64,000 nucleotides of DNA, from NCBI GenBank assembly GCA_977018835.1, contig OZ361261.1, positions 1,116,001 through 1,180,000 on the forward strand, written 5' to 3'. This document shows positions 22,887 through 35,212 of the stretch, piece by piece. The stretch is from Minutocellus sp. GHC0000111. Its lineage: Eukaryota. The position numbers and the translations under genes are program-made. The notes under the pieces are model-generated. The model was given only the letters and a program-made list of their open reading frames with translations, was not told the origin of the DNA and did not search any database. How positions within the stretch are numbered: the first letter of the stretch is position 1; each line of letters starts with the position of its first letter.

Positions 22887-24629
22887 ATGGCCGCGGTGGC
22901 GCCATTCCTGGTCGTCGTGTCGCTGTTGTCGTCGGTATCTTCGGCGTTCAGTTGGACGGCGGGCCCTGCGGGTGCGGCGAGCCGGCCGGCCGGCGTGCAG
23001 GTTCCTCACCGGCGGCTACAGCAGCAGCAGCAGCAGCAGCGGCGGCAGCGGCATTGCGGCGCAAGGAGCGGTGACAGGTACTGCAATAACGTGCGTTTGT
23101 ACATGAGCGATGACAACATTGATGATGATATCGAGGCGCTCATGGCCGAGGGAGCCGAGCCCAATGGTGGAGGTGCGGCTTCACCAGCAGCCGGGGAACC
23201 GGCACAAGCCCAGAGTGTGAGCGCTGCTGCTGGTAGCAACAGCCTCGGCATCGACTTTGGTTCGAGCAATACCAACCCAACGACCGACATGGGCATTATC
23301 AGCCCCGAGGGAGGGGTCGGCGCCCCGTGCGTCATCAAGGTCCTCGGCGTCGGCGGCGGAGGCGGCAATGCCGTCAACCGGATGATCCAGACGGCCATCC
23401 AGGGCGTCGCCTTTTGGGCCATCAACACCGACGCCCAGGCTCTGGCCAAGAGCTTGGCCCCCAACGTCCTCAACATTGGTCAGTCGACCACCCGCGGCCT
23501 CGGCGCCGGCGGCGATCCCCGCGTCGGCGAGCAGGCCTGCCTCGAGAACTACGAGGACGTCAAGCACATCTGCAACGGGGCCGACATGGTCTTCATCACG
23601 GCCGGTATGGGCGGCGGTACCGGATCGGGAGCCGCCCCCGTCGTGGCCGAGGTGGCCAAGAAGGAGTGCGGCTGCCTCACCGTCGGCGTCGTTACCAAGC
23701 CCTTCGCCTTCGAGGGGCGGAAGCGGATGAAGCAGGCCGAGGAGGCCATCGAGGCCCTGCGGGAGCAGGTCGATACCCTCATCGTGGTTTCCAATGACAA
23801 GCTCCTGCGGATCGTTCCCGACAACACCCCCGTCACCGACGCCTTCCTCGTGGCCGACGACATCCTCCGGCAGGGCGTCGTGGGTATATCCGAGATCATC
23901 GTCAAGACCGGCCTCGTCAACGTCGACTTCGCCGACGTCCGGGCCGTGATGAAGGATGCCGGCACTGCCCTCATGGGCGTCGGCACCGGCGTCGGCAAGA
24001 CCCGCGCGGCCGACGCCGCCGTCGCCGCCATCTCCAGTCCCCTCCTGGACTTCCCCATCGCCGAGGCCCGCCGCATCGTCTTCAACGTCGTCGGTGGGCC
24101 GGACATGGGGCTGCGCGAGATCAACAGCGCCAGCGAGGTCATCTACGAGAACGCGCACGAGGATGCCAACATCATCTTCGGTGCGTTGATCGACGAGGCC
24201 ATGGGCGACGAGGTCAGCATCACCGTCCTGGCGTGCGACTTTCGGGAGGGCAGCACCGCCCTCGACGGTGTGACGGAGGAGAGCAAGAAGAAGGCCATCC
24301 GGACGGTGGCGGGTGGTTTTACTGAATCGGAAAGATCCAGAGAACGCGGTGGAATGGCCTCGTATGAGGAGGATGCGCTTTGGGGCGATGAGGGATCGGA
24401 CGTGGAGGGCGGCGGAGACCGAGGGCCACTCTTCTACAAGGAGAGGCGGCAGGCCACCCGCAGCCCGTTGGGACCTGATGCCACCATTGAGGAGACGAGG
24501 GTGGCCATAACCCGTGGGTTTAAGATGCCCGCCAAGGCCGATGATCCCACAGGAGGGCCAGATGCCGAGAAGGGCCTGCGGAAGCGTTTCCGTGGCTTTT
24601 TCCGGGGTGTCTTTGGCAAGAAGAAGTAA
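22887..24629 (+). CDS. ftsZ: Plastid division protein FtsZ, intronless
   Basis: IKVLGVGGGGGNAVNRM, GMGGGTGSGAAP, NVDFADV; leader ending SSAF. Confidence 0.96.
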   Translation: MAAVAPFLVVVSLLSSVSSAFSWTAGPAGAASRPAGVQVPHRRLQQQQQQQRRQRHCGARSGDRYCNNVRLYMSDDNIDDDIEALMAEGAEPNGGGAASPAAGEPAQAQSVSAAAGSNSLGIDFGSSNTNPTTDMGIISPEGGVGAPCVIKVLGVGGGGGNAVNRMIQTAIQGVAFWAINTDAQALAKSLAPNVLNIGQSTTRGLGAGGDPRVGEQACLENYEDVKHICNGADMVFITAGMGGGTGSGAAPVVAEVAKKECGCLTVGVVTKPFAFEGRKRMKQAEEAIEALREQVDTLIVVSNDKLLRIVPDNTPVTDAFLVADDILRQGVVGISEIIVKTGLVNVDFADVRAVMKDAGTALMGVGTGVGKTRAADAAVAAISSPLLDFPIAEARRIVFNVVGGPDMGLREINSASEVIYENAHEDANIIFGALIDEAMGDEVSITVLACDFREGSTALDGVTEESKKKAIRTVAGGFTESERSRERGGMASYEEDALWGDEGSDVEGGGDRGPLFYKERRQATRSPLGPDATIEETRVAITRGFKMPAKADDPTGGPDAEKGLRKRFRGFFRGVFGKKK

Positions 24630-25350
24630 GGGCTGCCAATAGCTCTTGCCTGGGCTGGGGATTTGTCACTTGAACCGCATTTGGGTCTACTGAGATCCAT
24701 CTGTTGCCACGCAGCTTTTCAATCATCATCATCATCATTGCTTTCGCTTCCCGAAGAATTGCGCGAACAAAATTTTCCGTATTTATTTATGTCACCAGTC
24801 TACCTGAAAAATGGGTACATCAATACTTTGGTGCAGGTAGATGGATAGTTTAATTGCTACATAATGGTCAACACAAGCAAACAATACCGCTACATGTACA
24901 CGTGAGGAGAGCTGCTGCTGGTTGGTGTGGTGACTTCACCACGTGAATTCCGGGGGAACCCCTCATTATTTCGCCCCTCTTTACTCAAGCAGCACAACAT
25001 AAAATCCCACCGCGACAAACGAAAGACACAATCATCACATCTGCCGATACAGCACCCGTTGGAGGAGCGCCAACAATGCCAGAGAGATTGTCGTTTCATA
25101 GTATTCGAAGAGAGGATGCGCAAAGGAGATGAATGAGGATACTCCCCTGACAAATCGAACTCAACGGCTAGATATTTCATCTTGGTTTGTTCCGCTTCTT
25201 GATTGATTCCTTGATTGAAATCTTCGCTCGCAGAGAGCAGAAATCCACTTGTTCTCGTTTACTTGAATCGCGCCGTCGCTCAACCGTCAACCAGCTGAAT
25301 CGTAAAAAGCCAGCGCATCTTCTGCGCTATTGCGATAGCAGCAGCTCACA

Positions 25351-27078
25351 ATGGAAACTCCACAACTGACGCCGGATGGTGCCGCAAGCGTTGTCTCAGG
25401 TATTTCCTACGATATGAACATTCCAATGCAGCGATCGACGAGCTTCTCGACTTATCACACGAACTTTACGGACGCAACTTATGACGACAAGGATCCAGAC
25501 TTCCCTTCCGTTACATTCGCAACGAACGAAGATGATCTTGTAAGCACTGCTACCTTCGAAACAAGAGATGATCGTCCTTTTACTGGATGCATGTCGGCCA
25601 TTGTGTATGATGTCACGGACGGTTGGTATCAGCTCGAGCATAACGTCAAGAGCTGCTCTGACATTCACAGCTGCAAAGCGCCGAGCTTCGACCTGCCAAG
25701 CTGCAAGGTGCCAAGCCCTGGCATGCCAAGCTGTAACGCCGACGCCTACAATTGCGGTAACACTATCAAAACGCAAACTGCAACTCTATGGGTTGGAAGC
25801 TCAAGGATCAGCTGCACCGTCCCAGTTTGCTCATCCGACACCTCATACGATGCCCCTTCGAGCAGAGGAGCAGCATCTCAGGCCAACCTCATGGACATGT
25901 ATGAGTATGACGACGATGATATGAGCGCCCATTCGCTTCGATATTCCTACGGGAGGGGACCCTTCGGCCACCGTAGAAATCCTTCCTTCGGGCACCACTC
26001 TGGGTATCGACTTGGCAGAAGAAGCCTTTCCCTTGCGAGGCCAGGCAAGGGAGTTTCAAGGATTAGAACTGGCATCGCGCAGGTAGGTTCCCTTGGCAAA
26101 AAAGTCTCTAAGCCAAGCATGAAGATGATAAAACAAATGGGTCGCAGGGACAAGGAGAGGGCTCTTTCAGATATCGAAGAAGAGACCAGGGATGAGGCCG
26201 AGGATCCATCTTTCATTCATGCTGCGGCAACTGAAGTGAAAGAGAGCATAAACAAAGCTGGGTCGAAAATCTAGAGCAAGCTCAAAGAGGAGCAAACTGC
26301 CATACTCTCCAGTATCAACCACGAAACAGCAAAAGTTTCGAACTCTATCAAGCTGGCTGCCGATGCTACTTCCCTCGTTACTTCCCACGCAACAAATACT
26401 GTATCCAACTACCAACAGAAGATCATGGACGAGCATACAAAAGCTCTCAAATCTCACACCAATGCTATCAGCCAACGTCTACTCGCTGTTGAGCAGAAAA
26501 TGATTCAAGCGAACGAGTACCTTAATGCCTCACACCAGCAAATTCTCAACGAGGCCAGTGGAGTGGTGCCAGTGCCAGAGATCAGTGAAGATCGAAGATC
26601 TCTGCAAGCCAACAACAACGATGAGCTTGAGGAAACCGAGACGAGTGCACAAGACCACTACAATCCCAGCATCCTCTTCCGTTGCACATTGATGGATGAA
26701 GGTTCAGAAGGAATTGAAGTTGTGGACGATGTGATTGGTGGGGATGCAAAAGGGACTGTAGTTGGTGACGACGATAACTCCATGTGTCCATCTCATTCTA
26801 CTGGATCTTCGGCATCCTCTGGATCGTCTTGTTCCATTGCATCCTATAAATACGATAATAGAATGTTTGGGGTAGGTATCGGTATGAGCGAAGACCTTGA
26901 TGGAGACAGTTTTAACATGGAGGTAAAGATGTCGTCGTCGAATGGTTTCCCTTCGGGTCAGCGTAATCCCTCCATCGACACACAAACTCAAGACACGCTG
27001 AACGCCGTGCTTGATGGCTATCATGCTCATGACGAAGCCTCGCAGCAAGAAATGTTTCTGTCTTCGGGAGAGGAATAA
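25351..27078 (+). CDS. Hypothetical low-complexity protein interrupted by one in-frame TAG (26272-26274)
   Basis: ORFs 25351-26274 and 26425-27078 share a frame and the intervening codons are open. Confidence 0.55.
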
Positions 27079-27251
27079 TTTCCGTGAACATATCACAAAT
27101 ACATGTAGGAGGGTATCGCAAAAGATATTACACATACCCGAACTTTTAATACCAAGACGGAGATGTAATTAGGGTGAAACGCATCCAATTGAAACATTAT
27201 GGCAATTCAAGATAAATATATTAAGGCAAAAGCTTATTGCAATATATCGTG

Positions 27252-27944
27252 TCATCTCCATCGGCCTATCCGTTGCCACCAGTCTGTTTGTGTGCCAAAT
27301 TTTCCTTTCTTCGCCTCGACCTTTCCATTTCTGTCGTCTTCTTCATTTTTGTCTTTGTCTTCACTTTCATCTTCATCAATACTGAGTGGCAGTGGACCGC
27401 CGATTGGGAAATGCCTCGCCACCGTGTTGTGATTGTCCACAATGAACCCAACCGCTTGCCGATGGACAAGCAATTCCCATCTGGCTTTCATAGCCTCCTT
27501 CCTAAGTTCGTTGTATCTTTCCGCTGTCTTCTTTACGTCTTGTGAGTTAATTTCTGAGGCGCCCTTTTCTAAGAGCTCGTCGTATCGCTGTCGTTCTTGA
27601 GCCATTGCCCGCACGTAACGCAATATCTTCTCGCCCTGCTTTCCGAGGGCTTTGCCCATCGTCCCACGAAGTTCGTCCTCGATGGTTTTAAGGTGCAGGC
27701 CAGGATCAGTCGTCTGCCGAATGGTGTCCAAGTACTCATTGCTCTTGTCTGTATTCTTGACCAACTTAGCCCCTCGCTCCCATGACGTTGAAGTTTGGTT
27801 TGATGGCATGTTGATGGTTGGCCGGCCAGCGGTGGTTGTACCCGCCGAGGACAGTTGCCGCCAATGGGCGTACTGCATCGATTTCGTCATCAAGCGACGG
27901 CCTGATGCCATCGCGGCAGCAGCAGTAGCAACTCGACCGCCCAT
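27252..27944 (-). CDS. Hypothetical protein, possible mitochondrial presequence; start uncertain
   Basis: Arg/Ser-rich N-terminus; helical region IEDELRGTMGKALGKQG..ARWELLVHRQAVGF; ends WWQRIGRWR. Confidence 0.65.
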   Translation of the reverse strand: MGGRVATAAAAMASGRRLMTKSMQYAHWRQLSSAGTTTAGRPTINMPSNQTSTSWERGAKLVKNTDKSNEYLDTIRQTTDPGLHLKTIEDELRGTMGKALGKQGEKILRYVRAMAQERQRYDELLEKGASEINSQDVKKTAERYNELRKEAMKARWELLVHRQAVGFIVDNHNTVARHFPIGGPLPLSIDEDESEDKDKNEEDDRNGKVEAKKGKFGTQTDWWQRIGRWR

Positions 27945-28001
27945 TCCCCTCAAATAGCAGGGTAGGTTTGTGCAAGCGACCACGGGCTCGAGTACTCGGG
28001 T

Positions 28002-28127
28002 AGTTTAATGGAGAGGAATTCCTCCGTGTAGGAATCCTACAACATGTACTCGCAGGATGGTGCCAGTTTATTGGAGAGGAATTCCTCCGTGTAGGAATCC
28101 TACAACATGTACTCGCAGGATGGTGCC
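28002..28127. repeat. 63-bp tandem duplication (2 copies, 1 mismatch)
   Basis: AGTTTA(A/T)TGGAGAGGAATTCCTCCGTGTAGGAATCCTACAACATGTACTCGCAGGATGGTGCC twice. Confidence 0.9.
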
Positions 28128-28711
28128 CGCGTGCCGCAGCGAATTGCATTGATTGATGACGCGGCGCCATGGCGCCGGCGGCCGCCGCGCCCCCCGGCCG
28201 GGGGGAGGGCGGGGGGCGGGGGCCGCCAAGCAACGTTCGAGAATTGACTCAGGCGAGTGTACTCTTTCCGGAAAATCTTCGCGCGAAGGCAGCTCGCGCG
28301 AAGTGTACTTGCGTTGGGATGAAGAACCGCGCGGTGCAAAAATTCAAACGATAAATGCGATAGCGTACCCCCAGAGCGTAAGGCGATAGAGCAAGTAACG
28401 TCGTTTGGCGCTTTGCGCCGTTCGTGTCGGTGCTCTCAGGCCGAATGAGCGGTGAGCGGTAAGCAGGTGGCGCCTCGACACAAAGATGAATCTTGGTTCT
28501 CTTTGTTTGCATTAATTTGTGCACTTTGTTCTCAACGAATGGAAGCAATCAGCAAGATCTAAGTCGTCCCTACTTTGATTGCCACAGTTTCACCATTCAA
28601 CATCCATCGCTTCGAATTGTCATTGCAAGTGAATTTCATTATAAATTACGCCAAGAGGCTCCAGCAATTAAGTTACATCCCTACAATGGGGACGATGACA
28701 CCTACACCGCC

Positions 28712-29761
28712 ATGTATTCAGATGACGGCAGTTACACAACCGTCTCGACATTTACGACGTTCAAAACCGCTCGTACTTATGAATTCGATAGTGGTAAGAG
28801 TTTCATGGAAACCTTCATTGATGGTGTGAACGATATCGACTCGACCTTCTTTGCCTGTGGGGACAATGATATCAATGATACCAGCAATATTGACAATTCG
28901 AAGAAGAATGGGAAGAAAAGGTCCAATGCAAAAGACAAGGGTATAGTCGCCGATGGTGTCGACAACCAAGCAGAGGGCCCATTTTACGCCCTTGGCTGTT
29001 TTGGCCTAGGCTGTGGACTGACCTGTGGTAATGAAGAGGATGCGCGTGACGGTATTGTCGAGCCAGTCAGCAAGCCACCAGAGACCAGGATGCAAACAGT
29101 CGAAAGAAGATTCGGAATCGGGAAGAAATCCAAGATCAGTAAATCCAAAATCAGTACTTCACAGAAAGACGTGCCCTTTGCGTCAAACACCACTGCCTCT
29201 CCTTCTCGCCGACCGAGCGCAAAAAGCGACAAATCCAAGACAAAACAACGTGCTCCGCGACTCCGAAGGGCCTTTGCCAACATTGTCAAATCGAAATCCA
29301 AGACTTCCAAAGCAACCAATTCCCAACAGATGAAGAGCAAGTACAACGTCGAGGCTCAAGCAGTAGCTGCATTGAAGGGTAGAGCGGCAGCTGAGGACAC
29401 AAATAACGGCCGTCAACCCACAAAGTCCAAGAATGGACGTGCTCGCCGCAGGACCATGAACCAAGCTCCCTTCCATCGAACGAAAGCTCGTGTCCTTGAA
29501 GCAGCCAATAAATTCGCCGAGGATCATGCAGAATTTGCTGAGAGAGCTACAGAGAAACTCGCCGAGGAGCAGGTCAAGGCCGCCCACTTCGTTTCGGAAG
29601 GCATCGAAACTGCCATCAGAACAACGGCCGTTATGGCAGAGGCGGCGGAATATGAAGTGGCCAAGGTTGCAGCGCGGGCATTAGCCGACGTAGCCAGTAC
29701 CATCGGCACACCAATCCTCCAGACACTACATGTAGCATCCACAGATCAAATGCAACCCTAG
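28712..29761 (+). CDS. Hypothetical Lys/Ser-rich protein, possibly 3'-truncated
   Basis: Long open frame; abuts the FKBP fragment with no intergenic spacer. Confidence 0.55.
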   Translation: MYSDDGSYTTVSTFTTFKTARTYEFDSGKSFMETFIDGVNDIDSTFFACGDNDINDTSNIDNSKKNGKKRSNAKDKGIVADGVDNQAEGPFYALGCFGLGCGLTCGNEEDARDGIVEPVSKPPETRMQTVERRFGIGKKSKISKSKISTSQKDVPFASNTTASPSRRPSAKSDKSKTKQRAPRLRRAFANIVKSKSKTSKATNSQQMKSKYNVEAQAVAALKGRAAAEDTNNGRQPTKSKNGRARRRTMNQAPFHRTKARVLEAANKFAEDHAEFAERATEKLAEEQVKAAHFVSEGIETAIRTTAVMAEAAEYEVAKVAARALADVASTIGTPILQTLHVASTDQMQP

Positions 29762-30090
29762 ATGAAGGCATCCATACCATGAAGGTTGGTGGTAAGAGTC
29801 GTCTCATCCTTCCAGCGAAGCTTGGATATGTTGCCGGTGGTCTGGGGCCGGTTCCTCTGTCACCTTTTGGCCGCAACAAGCTCAACAAACTTCTGGATCA
29901 AATGGTCGAAGTGAAGGGTGGCAATGTTGTATTTGACGTAACTCTTCGAAATATCATTTCGGACGAGGCCGATCAGGGATATTACAACGATGCGTCTCTC
30001 GATCCCGACGACTTCAACAGATTGCGAGATAATATTCAGAGAACTGGACAGGAGGCCAGAGCGAGAGCTGCAAGCGAGGGAATAGTGTAA
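29758..30090 (+). pseudogene. C-terminal fragment of an FKBP-type peptidyl-prolyl isomerase
   Basis: LDEGIHTMKVGGKSRLILPAKLGY..VVFDVTL matches the FKBP G(W/L)DEG..MKVG..R.L.IP..LGY..L.F.VEL pattern; N-terminal half absent. Confidence 0.75.
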
Positions 30091-30327
30091 TTATAATCTC
30101 TCTGCAGTAATAACCATACCAATAAAGTTACTCAATACCAGTCGACGAGACGAGGCTTGTATTTCTTCGTACGTGTATATTTGGTACATCGTATAATTTC
30201 CAACTGTATACAATTTTTTCTATTGTTACTCAAGTAAAGTAGCTCTCGATAGTGGATGGCCAAGGTTCAAAAGCAATCGACATCTATCGCAACAAACCAC
30301 CCCAACCCAAATAATCGGGCAACTAGT

Positions 30328-30726
<399 letters not shown>

Positions 30727-31581
30727 TTATTCAAATCTGTTTGACGAGAAGATGGGGGTTGAAAAAAAGAAAGCAGACATCGTAAGAAAATATTGTCCGG
30801 GGGATTTGTGAAGCGACGAATCGCGAAATATGCTTTGCTTCGAAAATAAAAATGACTGTCAAGGAACTCGTGTAACGAATGTGTTTCTGGCGCTGCTAAC
30901 ATCGACTGCCGACGGCTAACACCGTGCGATGTCGCGGTCACGCTCTCCCCATCAGGACGACGATACGTGCTACAGACAGGATCAGGCCCTTTAGTCGGGA
31001 TACGTTCGTTCCTGCTCGAAAGAACCTGAACCAGAGCACATCAAGTGCAAGATGCACCGTACCGTCGGAAAGGTCTGCAGATTCAGCAGTATCTACTGAT
31101 GATGCATCACCCCAAAATCCCGCAACAGTCACCAGGCAATACTAGTCACCAGCCCCCTCCCTTTGGGTGGGGTAGGGCTCAGAACCTGTTGGGACCAGTC
31201 GTCGATCGACGCCGACGGCGACAATTGCCGCGCCGGTACACCCAAACCACCACGGCTCGCAGCGCAAACCCAATTGCCATTCGTTCCTGTACGTAACGCA
31301 TCGATACCACCGGCACCAAACCCAAGGCCGCCATCGTTGTCCTACCTTGACTTCCAAAAGGAGAGTGAGGACTTGAACGTGCGTTATCGCTGTACTAAAA
31401 TTTCACGCGGAAAAGTCACTTCGGCCCATAACCTATTTAGATTCTGTGACGTAATTATTTCGTCGTCATGTCAGTCGAGTTTGTCTTGAAAGTGACGATC
31501 GAAGTGGACGGCTTCACGTGGAGATGTGCTGATTGATCGGAGTTGGGTTGCCTTGGCGCGCTGATTGAAGGCAAAGTAACG

Positions 31582-33228
31582 ATGGGAAAGAACGAGAGCA
31601 AGTCGTCGTCCAGCGATGGTCTCCCCCTGATGGGCCTGATCAAGCCCGCAGTTGGCGTTGCCGTGGCTCTGGCAGGATATTATTTCCTCCAGGGCATCCA
31701 GACCGAGGTGAGCACTCAGAATGTCCACTCTTTTTTTCTATTGAAGTCAAGAAATCAAGATGGTCCAATTGAGGATATGCTGTTCATTGGAATGTTTTGT
31801 TGTGGAAGAGGCACAATCCTAAATCCTTTCATTAGTGACTACTTATATTCTCATATTGTTTATATTTTACGCCATTTCGTACTGACACTAACTTGAACCA
31901 CCGCAATCTCAACTTTGGCATCGCCCAACTTCAACTTGGTCCGATTCAAACCATACACATGTATGTGTGTGTAGATCCCCCGCGTCGATGTTACCGATGA
32001 GCTTGCACTGCGGGAAACCTTCTTTGGCGAAGGCCAGGGTAAGAATTACGTTGTGCTTTGTTCCACAATCAAGGCCGATACGCAAAAGCAGCCCCCGGTC
32101 TCGTCCGTTTTCCTCGATGCGCAGTACGAGTATGGGTCTGCAAGCAGCAATGCCGAGTTTGTTCTGTTGGATTGTCAGCATGAGCTGCCCTCGGGCAACA
32201 CAGTTGCCGAGAGGTTCAAGCTAGATCTGAAGAAGCGGCCGACCATCTTTGTTTCGGGCAAGGTCGGACCACCGAAGCAGATTCCTCAGAAGCACCTAAA
32301 GACTGGCGCCATGCTAACAAAACTGTTGAAGGGAATGTTGGAGCCTCATGCTGCCAAGATCGAAAACACCAAGGATCTCAAATCCAAATGTCTCAACAAA
32401 CCCATGTGTGGCCTTTTGCTCAAGGGTGGCAAGCCAGAACCGTACGTCAAGGACGCTGTCTCGAACCTTCTCGGTGCCTATCCAGACATTCAGTTCGCTA
32501 GTGTTGATACGACTCTTTTGCTTCTTGCGAATCTTGAGGAATACTTGCCCGAATACGAAAGTGGTCAGCATCGCTTCGTTCTCTTTAAAAAGGTCAGTGG
32601 TGGGCTCGAGGTCAGTGACAAGGACAAGGATGCTGAGGGAAAAGGACGCCTCGTAACGTCTATCCTGCCCATGGAGGATCCTTCCATCTCGTACGGAGCG
32701 ATCAATACACTGATCAAGAAGGCCCAATCTGGTTCGAGCAAGCCGACAAAGTTGCCCATGCTTCCCAGTATCAGATCGAAGAAATTAGAAGAAGCCGAGC
32801 GCAAGAAGACCAGAACGAAGAAATTAGAAGAAGCCGAGCGCAAGAAGAGAGAGCGAATCCGTGGACAGAAGGACAAGGCTCGCAAGAAGAAGCAGGCTGA
32901 ACAGACGCCGCCAGGTATGTTTGCCGAGAACGATGGCAGCAAGGAGGGACGTAGGGCTGAGCGTGAAAGGAGGCGTCAGGAGCATATGAAGAAGAACAAT
33001 CTTAAACCCAAGACTCCCGAGGAAATTGCGGAGATGGAGAGAAAGAGAAGAGCTAGAATGGAGGAGGAGGCGGCTAAATGGAATGTTGGCGGTGAGGAAG
33101 ATTTTGCCGACGAGGGCGAGCCAGTCGGCGAGGGAGACGACGAGGACATCGACTTTGATGATGGGGAAGAAGAGTTCGTGGATATGGATGATGGGGACGA
33201 TGATGAAGATGTTCTCGATTTGGACTAA
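31582..33228 (+). CDS. Hypothetical membrane-anchored protein, possibly thioredoxin-like folds; exons 31582-31707, 31975-33228
   Basis: N-terminal TM (VGVAVALAGYYFL); GT-AG intron in frame; charged and acidic tail. Confidence 0.7.
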
Positions 33229-33371
33229 TATAAGCTAAAATATTGTGATATGCATGTGAGTGCCATGAATGAGAGTTCTACATCTTTCTCCATCACTTAC
33301 AACAATGAAAATGTTTGTGTACTACAGACCAGTCCTGATACTAGCTAGAGTCATTCTTGTACTTGCATTGC

Positions 33372-33746
33372 CTATTTTTGCCGATATCTGCGTCGCAAAT
33401 GGCCGATAATATTTCTATGGAGTTGTAATTTTGTGGCGTGCCGTGTTATAATGAGCTCTCTACTTTCATTTCCATTGAATGATGATCTACTTCTAGTAGT
33501 ATGCTCGCGACCCCAAAGTGCCAAAAGTGTTAAGGCCATAGCTAGCACTAGCCCCACAGATTTTCCTACTGGGCCGCACCGACGATTTGCGTTTGCATTA
33601 TACTCATCGATACTGTCCTCCGTTAGAAAGCTCGACGGAGCGACGTGGTAGGAATGATATCCTCGTTCCGAAAATGGCTCGTCGATGCTTCCGTAGACGA
33701 ATGCACCTGCATGCGGCAGCCGCTCTTCGATGGTTGCAAGCGGCAT
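33372..33746 (-). CDS. Small hypothetical single-TM protein
   Basis: ORF with hydrophobic VGLVLAMALTLLALW and basic C-terminus. Confidence 0.35.
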   Translation of the reverse strand: MPLATIEERLPHAGAFVYGSIDEPFSERGYHSYHVAPSSFLTEDSIDEYNANANRRCGPVGKSVGLVLAMALTLLALWGREHTTRSRSSFNGNESRELIITRHATKLQLHRNIIGHLRRRYRQK

Positions 33747-34112
33747 GTTGCGTTTAGTGATGGTTTTCAAATTTCGCTGGAATCAAATGACTACTACTGC
33801 TAGCTCTGGTTAACAGGCAACACAGACGAGAATCGTACCCGCCATCGGTCGGAGTTGGAGTAGTACTGCTCACTGAGGTTGGTTCTGGTGGGCTGAAATT
33901 GCATCTGAAAGGCAAACTTCCAGGGATGGCAAAAGGTTCGCATCGCTCAATCGAGCGAACCCAGCGAGCCAAAACTATTTTAGTTGAACACCCGGAAAAT
34001 GGAAAGATTTTGGACAGAAAGAAGCAAGAAGCCAACTCCGAAAAGCATTCAACGTTCGTCGCAAATACTTATCCGCTCGCCTTCATTTTCAACCTATCAC
34101 CCCATACGCAAG

Positions 34113-34694
34113 ATGTCCGAGGAACTAACTCTCAAGTGCAAATGCGGCAAGGTCGAGTGCAAGTTCGACGCGGCTCCGCGGATGTGCTTCAACTGCCAGT
34201 GCCACTCGTGCGTCGCTGCCATGAGGGCCATTGAGGGCAAGGATGGATTCGACGGTATTTCCGCTGACGTCGACGGTGGCGTTGGAGTTGCCATCTACAA
34301 GTCCAACAACGTGTCTGTTGTGAAGACTGACGGCATCGCCTTTGTCAAGATCGGCGAGGCCGGAAAAGTTGCTCGACCATACTGCACTTCTTGCAAAACT
34401 ATGGTCTTTATCGTATTCGCTCCCAATTGGTGCGCCGCCAATCGCAATGCCATGACCAAGAGCGATGGCTCGGCCTTTGTTCCCGAGGGAAGCATCAAGA
34501 ACGTTAACTGCAAGGCTGCCTTTGATCCCAAGGCCGTCCCCGAGCCCAAGCACAGCTCCGTTCCTGTTGGTACGATCATGAAGTTCATGCCACTCATGAT
34601 GGGCATTGGCTGTGATGGCAGCAACAAAACCGAAAAGGCTCTCATGCCCGAGGACATGTCCAAGGTGGAGGTTGTCCCCATCACGTGGGAGTAG
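34113..34694 (+). CDS. GFA/CENP-V-like zinc-binding protein
   Basis: CxC (CKCG), CxCxxC (CQCHSC) and RxxCxxC (RPYCTSC) in GFA-fold order; biased codons. Confidence 0.7.
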   Translation: MSEELTLKCKCGKVECKFDAAPRMCFNCQCHSCVAAMRAIEGKDGFDGISADVDGGVGVAIYKSNNVSVVKTDGIAFVKIGEAGKVARPYCTSCKTMVFIVFAPNWCAANRNAMTKSDGSAFVPEGSIKNVNCKAAFDPKAVPEPKHSSVPVGTIMKFMPLMMGIGCDGSNKTEKALMPEDMSKVEVVPITWE

Positions 34695-35212
34695 ACATAC
34701 ACATTATCCAGCTCGAGTCTGAATGCATTATGTGACCAGTCAGCCTAGCAGATGCTTGCCTGGCTTCTTGTCTTTTTTGGTGTTTTCTGTCTTCTTTGTT
34801 CTTCGACTCGGCTCGTTTTACATACCGGTAATCACGACCTAGCTTTTTTTAAGTATTAAAAGAATTGAAATATTACAGTCAGTATCACTGTATGCGAAAT
34901 GATGGCGGCAGCAACTGGAGACAAGAGGCCATGATAGATCGGCTACATGCAGTTGGCAGTTAGGACTCGCGCTTCGTCGTCGTGTCTCCTGCGGGAGGCG
35001 TCGGCCGGCCGCATGATTTTTTAACCGTCCTGTCCTTCGTCCGGTATTATATTGGCGCAATTTTTCGGAACCGAACAATCTGGGCGCGCGAAGTTTGCAC
35101 TCGCATGCGCCTGTGTTCTTCTTCCCCTGTTCCTCCGACCATTACCAATAGGTAGAGAACAAAACAAAACACAACGAAAGGACCCCAATCCAGGCAATAC
35201 AACATACTGATA

